IMG/VR virus record: IMGVR_UViG_3300045988_176028
DNA length: 64,000 nt
Strand: one strand, 5' to 3'
Source: a virus
The notes under the pieces were generated by a model, which was not told the DNA's origin, did not search any database, and saw only the letters and a program-made list of their open reading frames with translations. Shown here piece by piece: positions 34,201-43,200 of the stretch; position 1 is the stretch's first letter, and every line of letters starts with the position of its first letter. A program made the position numbers and the translations under genes.

Positions 34201-35499
34201 GTCGGCGTTCGTCTCATGCCCGCAATTGTGGCAGTGGAACACCGCTTGGCTTTCACGGTTGTTCTTGCCGCAGTATCCGCAGACGTTGCAAATGCGTGAC
34301 GTGTCATAGGCGGGTACCTGAACGAGTCGGGTTCCCGCAAGCTTGGTTTTGTATTCGAGACAATGCAGGATGCCAGTCCAACGGTTGGCGAGGACGCTAC
34401 GGTTCAAACCGCTTTTCCTCTTCCGCCCGTTGTGCAGATAATGTCCCGGATTGTCGGGGTCTGGTTTCGGCCGGACGCTTCGGCTCATGGCCTTCACGTT
34501 CAACCGTTCCATGGCGATGAAATCGTATTCCCGGACGAGCGTGGTGGTCGTCTTGGCTATCCAATCGTCCTTGCGATTGTCTATCCGACGTTGGATGCGC
34601 CGCATGGCTTGGAGGGTGCGCTTGCGGCTTTTGGACGTGAATTTGGCGTTCCTGCCGCCACGCTTCTCGTTCGTCCTGTCCTGTCGGGCAAGCTTGCGTT
34701 GCAGACGCTTATACTCGTCCATCTCTTTGACGGACGGTTGGGGAATGTCGAGGAAAATGTTATCGGAGGTGGCGAGGGTATGCACGCAACCCCTATCCAA
34801 GCCGACCATCATGCCCGTATCGGTTCGGCTGATGGGGAGTGGACTATTGGTGAACACGAGTGTCCTGTTAGTCCAGTTCACCGCCACACTCGTATATTCA
34901 CGAACGGGTTGACTCACCCGCACATGAATGGCGATACGCCAACGAGCCTCGTTCTCACCCTCACGACGATACTGTCTCGGCACACTGCCAGTGATGACGA
35001 CCACACCGGTACGCTTGCCCGTCCGACGATACAAGGCGTTACCGGTCTTCGACTGGTTACGCCAGCACACGAAATACTGAGGAGCCTTATGGCGGGAACG
35101 GAACCCCGGAACCCGACCACCATTGGTCTTCTTCCGTTTCAATCCGGCGAACCAACCCGTGTTCTCGACACGTTCACATGAGGAGAGGATAGGCGAGGGA
35201 ATGCACGCCAGCCAAAGACAATCCAATCGCGCCTGACTGTCCTTGACGGCGGGCTTCACATCCGCGCCACCCAAAGGCACATCCACCCAAATACGCTCAC
35301 GGGTTTCAACATCCTCCACAAGCCTACGCTGGGGACGATGCGCCCGATGCTGGTTGTACCGGCTTCTCCACCCGTCGCACAGCCAGTCCATGATACGTTC
35401 CGGATTACGAGTCCACATACGATTCCCGTAAGAGTCCAAGCCGAGGAACACGCTGCACCCCGTATGCCGGACTTTCAGGATTCGTACTTTCTGACTCAT
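34081..35499 (-). CDS. tnpB: TnpB-like RNA-guided endonuclease (IS200/IS605-family OrfB), copy 1
   Basis: RuvC-I GLDRGCVHTLA, RuvC-II FIAMERLNVKAM, zinc finger CNVCGYCG...FHCHNCGHE, RuvC-III NADVNASKNI. No tnpA nearby. Confidence 0.85.
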   Translation of the reverse strand: MSQKVRILKVRHTGCSVFLGLDSYGNRMWTRNPERIMDWLCDGWRSRYNQHRAHRPQRRLVEDVETRERIWVDVPLGGADVKPAVKDSQARLDCLWLACIPSPILSSCERVENTGWFAGLKRKKTNGGRVPGFRSRHKAPQYFVCWRNQSKTGNALYRRTGKRTGVVVITGSVPRQYRREGENEARWRIAIHVRVSQPVREYTSVAVNWTNRTLVFTNSPLPISRTDTGMMVGLDRGCVHTLATSDNIFLDIPQPSVKEMDEYKRLQRKLARQDRTNEKRGGRNAKFTSKSRKRTLQAMRRIQRRIDNRKDDWIAKTTTTLVREYDFIAMERLNVKAMSRSVRPKPDPDNPGHYLHNGRKRKSGLNRSVLANRWTGILHCLEYKTKLAGTRLVQVPAYDTSRICNVCGYCGKNNRESQAVFHCHNCGHETNADVNASKNILDRALGTNGMDDAEEWRQQASTLVKTSGEQRR

Positions 35500-35536
35500 G
35501 CCTATAATGATACCATATTATTGAGTAATCAACAAT

Positions 35537-35791
35537 ATGAGAAGGCGTGCAGACCCGGCATTGAAATACCGGGCTTACACGCCAAAAATCAGTCAACAAG
35601 AGGAACTATTGGCTATCCGGCACGGTGACTTCGACCCCAAACAGTACGATTTGAAGCTTCTGGACGCCAAGTCCCGGTTCGAGGAAGCCGCCGAACACAC
35701 CCGGCTCCCCCAGCCTGTAAGCGATACGGAATTGCAGGATATGGTATTGCCTATCATCCACGAATATACTGAACGCCTGTTCAAGGAGTGA
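35537..35791 (+). CDS. hypothetical small protein
   Basis: 84-aa ORF divergent from tnpB copy 1. No domain recognised. Confidence 0.35.
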   Translation: MRRRADPALKYRAYTPKISQQEELLAIRHGDFDPKQYDLKLLDAKSRFEEAAEHTRLPQPVSDTELQDMVLPIIHEYTERLFKE

Positions 35792-36014
35792 GAACATCAG
35801 CCCACAACAAGCCTGAAAAACGAAGGTTGATAGCGTGAAACCCCAATGATTCCAACGGTTTCGACACGCATACAGGTTTGACCAAACAGCCGTATCCCGT
35901 ATACTTGATGTTGCGTTCAGCCGGTGGGTTGAACGCCTCATAATTTGGCGACTAAGTTCAAAAAGACTTTTGGTCTTTTTCTCCTTTTGGTCTGGCTTTT
36001 TATGTGTGGACATT

Positions 36015-36044
36015 CGAAGGCCCCGCCACTGTGCGGGGTCTTCG
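36015..36044. terminator. stem-loop downstream of repA
   Basis: CGAAGGCCCCGC-cactgt-GCGGGGTCTTCG, 16 nt beyond the repA stop. Confidence 0.55.
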
Positions 36045-36059
36045 TTTAACTAAAATCGG

Positions 36060-36965
36060 TCAGAACGGGTTGCCGTCCGGCTTGCCGCTGGTCTTGGTCG
36101 GCTGAGTCGGGGACTCCAGCATCGGAACCCCGCCAATAGCGCGTTGCTTCGATTCCAACGACTTCCGGCACGGATACACCTTCAGCCCCTCATCGACGGC
36201 CTCTACATGCAGTTCCGGCCAATTCTGCCGAACCATTTCCAACGCTTTCTTGAAACGTTCCTTGAATCTGCGGAGTGGAGTGTTCGACGCGTCGAACTGT
36301 ATTTGCAATCCGTTCCAAGGTATGAGAACCGGTTTAGAGATGTAATATGTTCTGCGGGCGAGCCACTGGTAGATGTCCAACGCTCTGGATGATTTCCCGA
36401 GATTCATCACTATCTCTCGGTTTAAAGGAACGGGATTCTCGTTGAGGATTCCCCACATAAGTTCGGAGAATCGAATATACGAACCTTCCTTGTATTCGTC
36501 GGAATTTCTGTCGAAGCAGATGTGAGTGCGGTCGGCCACCAGAACATTGATGGCATCATGGACAGTTCTGCCCTGTTCGTCCTTGAACCAATTGGTCACT
36601 TGAAAGACAGTGCTCCCCAGATTCTCCAACATGCGGGTCACCTGCTCCCGTTGTCCATTGGCCGCGATTCCCGTGTTCTTGCAGAACGAATTAAATGTTT
36701 CGTCCAAATGGATTGTCCTGTTTTCGAAATCAACCATCGGGGACACCTCTTTTATGAGGGTTTGGGCATACAGAAGGAATAGACGGGGGATTTTTCCGTA
36801 AGCCCACTGCCCTTTCCTCGGGGTCGTCGTTATGGACACGATTCCGTTGCTCCGGTTCAGATAAGGTACATCAGGCTCCTCCACTGGAAGCAGGGAGACC
36901 ACTGATGAGAGGGTGGCCGCATAGGTTATTGTCTTCTTGCTGGGGTTGATGATATCCTTGTTCAT
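36060..36965 (-). CDS. repA: plasmid replication initiator, RepA (RepA_C-type) family
   Basis: WAYGKIPRLFLLYAQTLIKE...IHLDETFNSFCKNTGI and VPLNREIVMNLGKSSRALDIYQWLARRTYYISKPVLIPWNGLQIQFDA....LRRFKERFKKALEMV...P.L match the conserved blocks of plasmid-encoded RepA proteins. Iterons lie immediately upstream. Confidence 0.75.
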   Translation of the reverse strand: MNKDIINPSKKTITYAATLSSVVSLLPVEEPDVPYLNRSNGIVSITTTPRKGQWAYGKIPRLFLLYAQTLIKEVSPMVDFENRTIHLDETFNSFCKNTGIAANGQREQVTRMLENLGSTVFQVTNWFKDEQGRTVHDAINVLVADRTHICFDRNSDEYKEGSYIRFSELMWGILNENPVPLNREIVMNLGKSSRALDIYQWLARRTYYISKPVLIPWNGLQIQFDASNTPLRRFKERFKKALEMVRQNWPELHVEAVDEGLKVYPCRKSLESKQRAIGGVPMLESPTQPTKTSGKPDGNPF

Positions 36966-36998
36966 GTTATCGGGATTCCTTTACTGTTGACTGATACT

Positions 36999-37029
36999 AA
37001 CCTCATCTCGGTACATACGGGATGAGGTT
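36999..37029. promoter_or_regulatory. inverted repeat in the repA promoter region
   Basis: AACCTCATC-N13-GATGAGGTT, 34 nt upstream of the repA ATG, followed by a highly AT-rich stretch (37027-37085). Candidate autoregulatory operator or antisense terminator. Confidence 0.4.
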
Positions 37030-37083
37030 TTTATTTTTATCCTAATGGGTTTTTGGAATATTTTTTTATAAATCAGATTTTTC

Positions 37084-37165
37084 TGTTCACATTCTCAGTC
37101 AAGAGTCTTACATTCTCGGGCAGAAGTCTTACATTCTCAGGCAGAAGTCTTACATTCTCAGGCAC
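37084..37165. repeat. 21-bp iterons (3 good copies + 1 degenerate)
   Basis: GTCTTACATTCTC(A/G)GGCAGAA at 37105, 37126 and 37147 with an exact 21-bp period, plus a degenerate copy TGTTCACATTCTCAGTCAAGA at 37084. Confidence 0.85.
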
Positions 37166-37210
37166 TTGGATGCTCTAATCCCTTGTGGGAGTAGGTCTAA
37201 GAGCACTGGT

Positions 37211-37248
37211 AATAGTATACAATAGATACAATAGTATACATAAGTATT
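37211..37248. repeat. helically phased 9-10-bp repeats
   Basis: AATAGTATAC AATAGATAC AATAGTATAC ATAAGTAT. Adjacent repeated ATGCTCTAA (37170, 37269) and the ACGAAAAATCGT / ACGATTTTTC inverted pair (37279, 37321). Confidence 0.6.
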
Positions 37249-37370
37249 TGTGGTACCGAATTTCTAAATGCTCTAAAAAACGAAAAATCGTTTGATTCAA
37301 AAAACATGGAATGATTTTTTACGATTTTTCTCCGACGCGTCTCAATGCTTTCGAAACCAGATACTTCGTA

Positions 37371-37392
37371 TGCTATAGTGGAATAGTTTACA
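37371..37392 (+). promoter_or_regulatory. repeated promoter motif, copy P8
   Basis: TGcTATAGTggaataGTTTACA, 80 nt upstream of the sortase ATG. Confidence 0.5.
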
Positions 37393-37472
37393 CAAGAAAA
37401 AGAGCTTTTCGCCAAACCATAAAAAACGGTTTCGCTCAAAGTCCTCACCCCAAAAAACCAGCTAAACTGGAT

Positions 37473-38699
37473 ATGTCCGCAACGAACCAAAACTGTCAAA
37501 GGAACGAAAGCATGGAAAACGGCTCCCCGAACAGGCTGCCCGACTGGACTGAAATCATCGACGGGAAACCCCCAAAACCCGACAATGGTCCCAACCATGT
37601 AGGCAGACACAGCAAAGGAAGCCACGCCCGACACGGAAGCCAACCAGCCAACACAACGTCCACTGGCGAACATGTCCTCCAATGCTCCATCGGAATCATA
37701 TTCACCGTCGTCATAATCCTCATCGCCCAAATCGGTTGGATGTTCTTCGGACATGACTTGGATTCCATCCACACTCAGGTCGCAAACTCGAAAAGGGTCA
37801 GCCTGAACCAGAACATCGACTTGGATACGACCCGCATAGCCAAACCACAGTCGGGCGAAGTGCCGGTAGATGGCACGCCCACCCACATGCAGGTAATCGG
37901 ATGGATGTACATTCCTAAAATCGAATCCGGTTGGAAGCGTGCAATCCAACAGGGAACCGACCAAATCGTGTTGGACAATCAGGGCATAGGCCATTACGAG
38001 CAGACCGTCATGCCCGGTGCCGTAGGCAACAGCGCCTATGCCGGGCATCGCACCGGCGGCGACTTGGGTTACATCGACCGGTTGCAGACGGGTGACGCCA
38101 TCGTCATCCAAACTGCCGAACACTGGTACGTGTACAAGATGACCGAAGGTTGGGTCACTACTCCGACCGACGTGAGCGTGTTGAACAATGACGGCGCGAA
38201 CCCGGACTCCCGCGAATTGACGTTGACGACCTGCCATCCTATGAGCGTATGGGCAGACCAGAGCATCAAACACAGGTATATCGTCCGAGCGCAATTCTCC
38301 TATTGGGCGAACGTTTCCGACGGTATTCCGGCTGAGTTGAGCACCGCCAACGGGAACGTCGTCCAGAAGACCGCATACAAGTGGCAGAAGACCGTCCGAA
38401 CCGTCAGCGCCTACGCTCCCGCGAGCATGATGTTCGCCGTGATTCTGCTTGTCGCGTGGATGGTCATGAACGGACTGTGCTGGCTGTTGTGGCGTGGGGA
38501 GCGGGAACGCAAGCCGGTGTCTTGGAACGTGCTCGTATTGTCTTGGCGTCTGCAACAGGGCGTCCTGCCGTTGCGCCTGTTGAACATGCTGTTGTTCTGG
38601 GGTGGTTTGGTTCTGCTGTTCTGGTGGTCTGTCAGCCCGCATTTCGACAGTTGGTTCCCGTTCCTGCAATCGGTGGGATTGCCGAACGTCACGTTCTGA
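37473..38699 (+). CDS. sortase (class E-like transpeptidase)
   Basis: N-terminal TM (IGIIFTVVIILIAQIGWMFF), catalytic His in AYAGHRTGG, TLTTCHP cysteine motif and Arg in HRYIVRAQF. Two extra C-terminal hydrophobic helices. The start could be ATG 37473 or 37512; the track ORF from 37311 runs through the promoter. Confidence 0.85.
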   Translation: MSATNQNCQRNESMENGSPNRLPDWTEIIDGKPPKPDNGPNHVGRHSKGSHARHGSQPANTTSTGEHVLQCSIGIIFTVVIILIAQIGWMFFGHDLDSIHTQVANSKRVSLNQNIDLDTTRIAKPQSGEVPVDGTPTHMQVIGWMYIPKIESGWKRAIQQGTDQIVLDNQGIGHYEQTVMPGAVGNSAYAGHRTGGDLGYIDRLQTGDAIVIQTAEHWYVYKMTEGWVTTPTDVSVLNNDGANPDSRELTLTTCHPMSVWADQSIKHRYIVRAQFSYWANVSDGIPAELSTANGNVVQKTAYKWQKTVRTVSAYAPASMMFAVILLVAWMVMNGLCWLLWRGERERKPVSWNVLVLSWRLQQGVLPLRLLNMLLFWGGLVLLFWWSVSPHFDSWFPFLQSVGLPNVTF

Positions 38700-38746
38700 C
38701 CCATTCCCTGAAACATATTTTCCGCAAAAACTAGGAGGTAGCCGTC

Positions 38747-39256
38747 ATGCGGCAAACATATCTGACCAGCGACAATCCGACCGTGGTGAACCGACTGCGC
38801 AAGGACTGCCGTGAATACGCGCGTCAACGCGAACTGGAGGAATGGTTCGAAAACATCCACCATGTCCGTCTGGCGTGGAAGGAGGACGCGGATGGCAAGC
38901 GAACCGTCGAAGGAGTTGAAGCCGTCATGTCCAAGGAGACCCTGACCATCCAAGGCAAAGGTGATTTGAAAGGCTACTGGCTCATGCCCATGAACGGCAT
39001 ATACAAGCCATGCAAGAACAATGTTGAAGTATGGAGGATGCTCCGCCAATTCGAATGGCGTCCCGACCCTCTGCCGGGCATCGTCAGCTCATACACGTAT
39101 ACGCCATACGTGGACATGTTTATCGAAGACGACAAAGCATATCTTTCCATGCCGGTGGAAAGCTGGGATGACTCTTTGTGGCATAAGAGCACGAAGGGGA
39201 CATTCCGTAAGGCCGAGGAACGTTTCAACGACGGCGCTTCGGGAGATGACCGTTGA
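38747..39256 (+). CDS. hypothetical protein
   Basis: 169-aa ORF with an AGGAGG RBS. No domain recognised. Confidence 0.5.
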   Translation: MRQTYLTSDNPTVVNRLRKDCREYARQRELEEWFENIHHVRLAWKEDADGKRTVEGVEAVMSKETLTIQGKGDLKGYWLMPMNGIYKPCKNNVEVWRMLRQFEWRPDPLPGIVSSYTYTPYVDMFIEDDKAYLSMPVESWDDSLWHKSTKGTFRKAEERFNDGASGDDR

Positions 39257-39362
39257 TGCTTCATGTCTTGACCGTATTGGCGGCGCAAGCCCTGTTTTTT
39301 TAAGACTGGGGTGAGTCGCCACTTCTTTGATTAATCACTGTTTCCGTGGTAAGGTTTTCAGT

Positions 39363-40820
39363 ATGAGCCAGAAGGTACGAATCATCAAAGTCAGGCATGC
39401 GGGCGCATCCGTGTACCTTGGCGACGATTCATGCCGCAACCACTGCTGGACGCGCAATCCCGAACGCATCATGGACTGGCTGTGCGACGGGTGGAGAAGC
39501 CGTTTCAACCAACATCGGGAGCATAGGACAATCCGCCGCTACATGGAGGACATGGAATCCCATGAACGCATGTGGGTGGACGTCCCGTTGGGCGGCGCGA
39601 CCGTCGGGGAACCTTTCAAGGACAGCGAGGCTCGAATCCGGTGTTCTTGGCTCGCATGCATCCCCTCCGCTATTCTCGCCAGTCCCATGCGCGTGGAGAA
39701 TTCGGAATGGTATGCCGCGTTGAAGCGCAAGAAAATCAATGGCGGTCGTGTCCCGGGATTCAAGTCCCGCAAACGCAGCCCCCAGTATTTCGTATGCTGG
39801 CGCAACCAGAACAAGACCGGCAACGCCATCTACCATCAGGTGTCACGCAAGCGCGGCGTGGTCGTCATCACCGGAACCGTGAAAAAGGAATTCCGCAAGC
39901 CGGACGAAACGGGATGCCGTTGGACGCTCTCCATCCACGTGCGCGTCAGCCAACCCATCAGGGATTATACGAGTGTGGCGGTGAATTGGACGGAACGTAC
40001 TCTGGCGTTCACCAACGAACCGTCGCCCATCCGACGGAATACCACCGGCAAGCAGACCGGTATCGACCGTGGCTGCGTCCACACGTTGGCCTTGTCGAAT
40101 GGAACCATGCTAGACATGCCGCAACCGTCCGAACGGGAGAGAAAAGAGTATCTGCGATTGCAACGCAAACTCTCCCGACAGGACAGAACCAACGAGAAGC
40201 GTGGCGGCAAAACCGCGAAATTCCAGTCGAAACGGCGTATGCTCACGTTGAAGCGTATGAACTCGTTACGTCGCCGTATCAACAATCGTAAGGACGATTG
40301 GGTGGCGAAAACCACGACACAGCTTGTCGAAGACTACGACCTTATAGCCTTGGAAGCGTTGAAGACCCGGCAGATGACGCGTAGGCCAAAGCCGAAGCAG
40401 GACCCCAACCATCAGGGGTGCTACCTGCATAATAGTGCAACATCCAAAGCCGGATTGAACCGTAGCATCCTCAACAACCGTTGGACGGATATTCAGAACA
40501 AACTCGAATACAAGACCCGACTCGCCGGAACCCAGCTCATACTGGTTGACCCGGCCTACACGTCCCAAACCTGCAACCGTTGCGGCCATGTCGCATTGGA
40601 GAACCGTGAGAGTCAAGCGGTCTTCCAATGCGTTAACTGCGGGAACAAGGATAATGCGGACGTGAACGCGGCTAAGAACATTCTCAACCGCGCGATACAT
40701 ACAACCGGCATGGACGATGCCGAGGGCGTGGAGGAACACGCATCCTATGGAACCCATGTTCCACAGGAGAGTTCCGGTGAAACGCCAACCCCTGCTACAC
40801 GTATGGGAAGACTTCTCTAA
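39363..40820 (+). CDS. tnpB: TnpB-like RNA-guided endonuclease, copy 2
   Basis: MSQKVRIIKVRHAGASVYLG... is collinear with copy 1 and roughly two-thirds identical by eye. Motifs: GIDRGCVHTLA, LIALEALKTRQM, CNRCGHV...FQCVNCGNK, NADVNAAKNI. Confidence 0.85.
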   Translation: MSQKVRIIKVRHAGASVYLGDDSCRNHCWTRNPERIMDWLCDGWRSRFNQHREHRTIRRYMEDMESHERMWVDVPLGGATVGEPFKDSEARIRCSWLACIPSAILASPMRVENSEWYAALKRKKINGGRVPGFKSRKRSPQYFVCWRNQNKTGNAIYHQVSRKRGVVVITGTVKKEFRKPDETGCRWTLSIHVRVSQPIRDYTSVAVNWTERTLAFTNEPSPIRRNTTGKQTGIDRGCVHTLALSNGTMLDMPQPSERERKEYLRLQRKLSRQDRTNEKRGGKTAKFQSKRRMLTLKRMNSLRRRINNRKDDWVAKTTTQLVEDYDLIALEALKTRQMTRRPKPKQDPNHQGCYLHNSATSKAGLNRSILNNRWTDIQNKLEYKTRLAGTQLILVDPAYTSQTCNRCGHVALENRESQAVFQCVNCGNKDNADVNAAKNILNRAIHTTGMDDAEGVEEHASYGTHVPQESSGETPTPATRMGRLL

Positions 40821-40901
40821 TGGGAAGCATGTCTCATATGCGACAGGAATCCCCCGGCTTCAGCCGTGGGGAGGAATTCAAAGCCGTCGTGGAGTTCCTT
40901 C
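40680..40901 (+). ncRNA. candidate TnpB omega RNA (reRNA), copy 2
   Basis: GGAATCCCCCGGCTTCAGCCGTGGGGAGGAATTCAA at 40846-40881, 25 nt after the stop. The putative guide begins AGCCGTCGTGGAGTTCCTTC. The 5' boundary is a guess. Confidence 0.4.
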
Positions 40902-41040
40902 GGTGCTTCCGGTTCGATAGCGTAAGCTCCGGCATGTGCGGACTCGTTTGGATTGTCACCGCGTTAATCTGGCTGTTTCTTATCCGCTGGGATGATAAGC
41001 CCGACGGTTTGGACGGTTCCGACTTGGAAGACTCGTCGGA

Positions 41041-41355
41041 ATGAGCGAGCAGGGTGTCTTCGACGTGTTGACGGCTCTGTACGTGGTTGCGTTCTTCCTG
41101 TTCGTCGTTGGGACGATAGTCTGGACGGGGAACAGAAGACGTGCCCGCAAACATCCCGGCAAAGGGTATGCTCCCCGATGGATTCGCTTGGGGACGATAG
41201 TATGCTCACTGTTGGTCGCCTTGTTGGAAATCTGCCTGTTCATAGGCAAATGGGGTTTCCTTGACGGACTGTCATGCGTATTGTGGATTGTGGTGTCGGC
41301 GTTGTGGATTGCCGAATACCGTTTGGAAAGAAGCCAAGAAAGGAAGGCGGGCTGA
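41041..41355 (+). CDS. small multi-TM membrane protein
   Basis: 104 aa with three hydrophobic helices. ATGA coupling to an upstream short ORF (40820..41044) that overlaps the omega-RNA candidate. Confidence 0.5.
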   Translation: MSEQGVFDVLTALYVVAFFLFVVGTIVWTGNRRRARKHPGKGYAPRWIRLGTIVCSLLVALLEICLFIGKWGFLDGLSCVLWIVVSALWIAEYRLERSQERKAG

Positions 41356-41730
41356 ATGCTTCCATTCCGTAGGTTCAAAGACGACGCGAACGTGCTCGAC
41401 CAGTGCGTGACGATGATTGAGGACACCATTCACGACATTGAGGAATACGTCAACAAGGACGAGCGTAAGACCGAGTCCTTGACGGAGACGCTTTCTTACT
41501 TGATGGACGTGTATAGCGAGATGTTGGACGTGTTGGAAGACGATGACATGACCGTGAATCCGCGACTGCACTATCGCATGTATCCAACGGTTCGCGCCTA
41601 TATTCGGGACTCATGCAACCGTTGCCAGTCGGCAGTGGGACGGTTGGCGCAGTTGGCGAGCGTTCAGGGCGAGTTGGATGGCATCGAATGTTATGCGAAC
41701 GGTGAATTGGATTTCGGTGGTGATTTCTGA
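41356..41730 (+). CDS. hypothetical acidic protein
   Basis: 124-aa ORF starting 1 nt after the upstream stop. Confidence 0.45.
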   Translation: MLPFRRFKDDANVLDQCVTMIEDTIHDIEEYVNKDERKTESLTETLSYLMDVYSEMLDVLEDDDMTVNPRLHYRMYPTVRAYIRDSCNRCQSAVGRLAQLASVQGELDGIECYANGELDFGGDF

Positions 41731-41744
41731 AACAAAATCACCGA

Positions 41745-41766
41745 TGTTATACTGAGATTGTTCACA
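41745..41766 (+). promoter_or_regulatory. repeated promoter motif, copy P4
   Basis: TGtTATACTgagattGTTCACA, 28 nt upstream of ATG 41795 (GGAGGAAGGA RBS). Confidence 0.6.
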
Positions 41767-41794
41767 TAAAAAGTTTTGGAGGAAGGAAGACGAT

Positions 41795-42169
41795 ATGGGC
41801 GCACCATGCGTCATCGCCATGCGAAACGGCGAAGACTTGTACCGTTGGATATTCAGCCCTTACGACGGGAATATCCAATCCGCGGGACGTATGCTTTTCG
41901 ACCATTACGACACTAGAGAGAAAGTAGAACGATTGCTGGATAACGGCGACATCGACCTGCTTGCCCCCGCCGTCGAGGAATGCGAGCCGTTAAGCGAACG
42001 AAGCCCCTACTATTCCGGCGGGCAAGGTTCCACGGACGAACTTCCGATGTTCGGTGAACTGCACACGTACATCTGGCGCGACGGATACGGGTGGGGTTGC
42101 AAACCTATGCTGTGGGAGGCTGTAATGCCCTTGAATCTGTTGCTGGGTGTGGAGAACCCTTGGGTCTGA
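41795..42169 (+). CDS. hypothetical protein
   Basis: 124-aa ORF with a strong RBS and promoter P4. Confidence 0.55.
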   Translation: MGAPCVIAMRNGEDLYRWIFSPYDGNIQSAGRMLFDHYDTREKVERLLDNGDIDLLAPAVEECEPLSERSPYYSGGQGSTDELPMFGELHTYIWRDGYGWGCKPMLWEAVMPLNLLLGVENPWV

Positions 42170-42180
42170 CAGCCAGATTA

Positions 42181-42202
42181 TGCTATAGTGGGCATGTTCA
42201 CA
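42181..42202 (+). promoter_or_regulatory. repeated promoter motif, copy P5
   Basis: TGcTATAGTgggcatGTTCACA, 20 nt upstream of ATG 42223. Confidence 0.6.
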
Positions 42203-42222
42203 TATTTTGAAAGGCCAAAAAC

Positions 42223-43200
42223 ATGCTCAATTTCGAATCCGTCAACTGTGACGGCAAGCACATCAATTGGGAGTTCAACACGCCCAACGAAGTACATCGA
42301 TTGTTCTGGTCGGATACCTGTCCACTTCCATCCAATGACGACCCAATCGTTCATGCCGAACTAGACGGCAAACCACTGCCGCAATGCAAAGCGTTCCTCG
42401 ACCTTTTACACATGCTTGGATTGGACGAGGAACAATATCCGCCCGAAAAAGGGAAAACCCATAAGCTTATCGCCATCGACTTGGACAACACTCTCGTAGA
42501 CTATACGACAGCGTTCAAGGATTGCATCAGCCAATTACAGAAGAAACCGTTCAACGCTCCCGAACCAACCGACTACGGTTTCGCCTGTGAAGGCTGGTTC
42601 GAAACCCATGCGGAATTCCGTGAATGGCATCATTGGTCGGTGAACGCGGGACTCTATTTACGTGAACACATGTATCCACATGCTATGGAAGCGTTGGTGA
42701 AGCTAATCGGCATGTCGGAAGACAATCGTCTCCTATTCGTCACCTCCCGTGACGACGACCGTGATGATACACGCCGGTGGATGATAGCCATGAATTTCGA
42801 CACAAGCCAGAACCATAACCTGTGTCCCCGCCGTAATCCGGACGACCTGCGACGCACGGAAGGTGACGCCGTATTCGCCTCGGACATCAGGCGAATGGCC
42901 GAAAAAGACTGGTATGAGAAAGACCCCATTACCAGCATCGGATACACTTACACGCCGTCACATCGAGATATCCCTTACTGTCATCTCAAGCAGAAGAACC
43001 TGCTCAAAGCCGACCTGTACATTGAGGACAATCCCATAATGTTGGACACTCTCATACGAGAAGGACTCCCCGTCTTGGCGAAACGCCACGGCTACAACGT
43101 GGAACAGTGCGAACGATTGGAGCATGAGGGCGGTGGAGCTGTGTTCGACTCGTGGAGCGAAGTGCCCGAACTGGTTGACCGGATTTTGGGAAAGGAATGA
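42223..43200 (+). CDS. HAD-superfamily (5'(3')-deoxyribonucleotidase-like) protein with N-terminal extension
   Basis: KLIAIDLDNTLVDY gives the DxDxT motif I. A later VTSRDDD segment and LYIEDNP are consistent with HAD motifs II-IV. The ~75-aa N-terminal domain is unassigned. Confidence 0.5.
   Translation: MLNFESVNCDGKHINWEFNTPNEVHRLFWSDTCPLPSNDDPIVHAELDGKPLPQCKAFLDLLHMLGLDEEQYPPEKGKTHKLIAIDLDNTLVDYTTAFKDCISQLQKKPFNAPEPTDYGFACEGWFETHAEFREWHHWSVNAGLYLREHMYPHAMEALVKLIGMSEDNRLLFVTSRDDDRDDTRRWMIAMNFDTSQNHNLCPRRNPDDLRRTEGDAVFASDIRRMAEKDWYEKDPITSIGYTYTPSHRDIPYCHLKQKNLLKADLYIEDNPIMLDTLIREGLPVLAKRHGYNVEQCERLEHEGGGAVFDSWSEVPELVDRILGKE

Noticed and set aside
37197-38669. 490-aa minus-strand ORF overlapping the sortase gene
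   Set aside because: The plus strand carries the sortase catalytic motifs (AGHR, TLTTCHP, RYIVRA) and a promoter. The antisense product is low-complexity (R/P/Q/H/V-rich) with no motifs.
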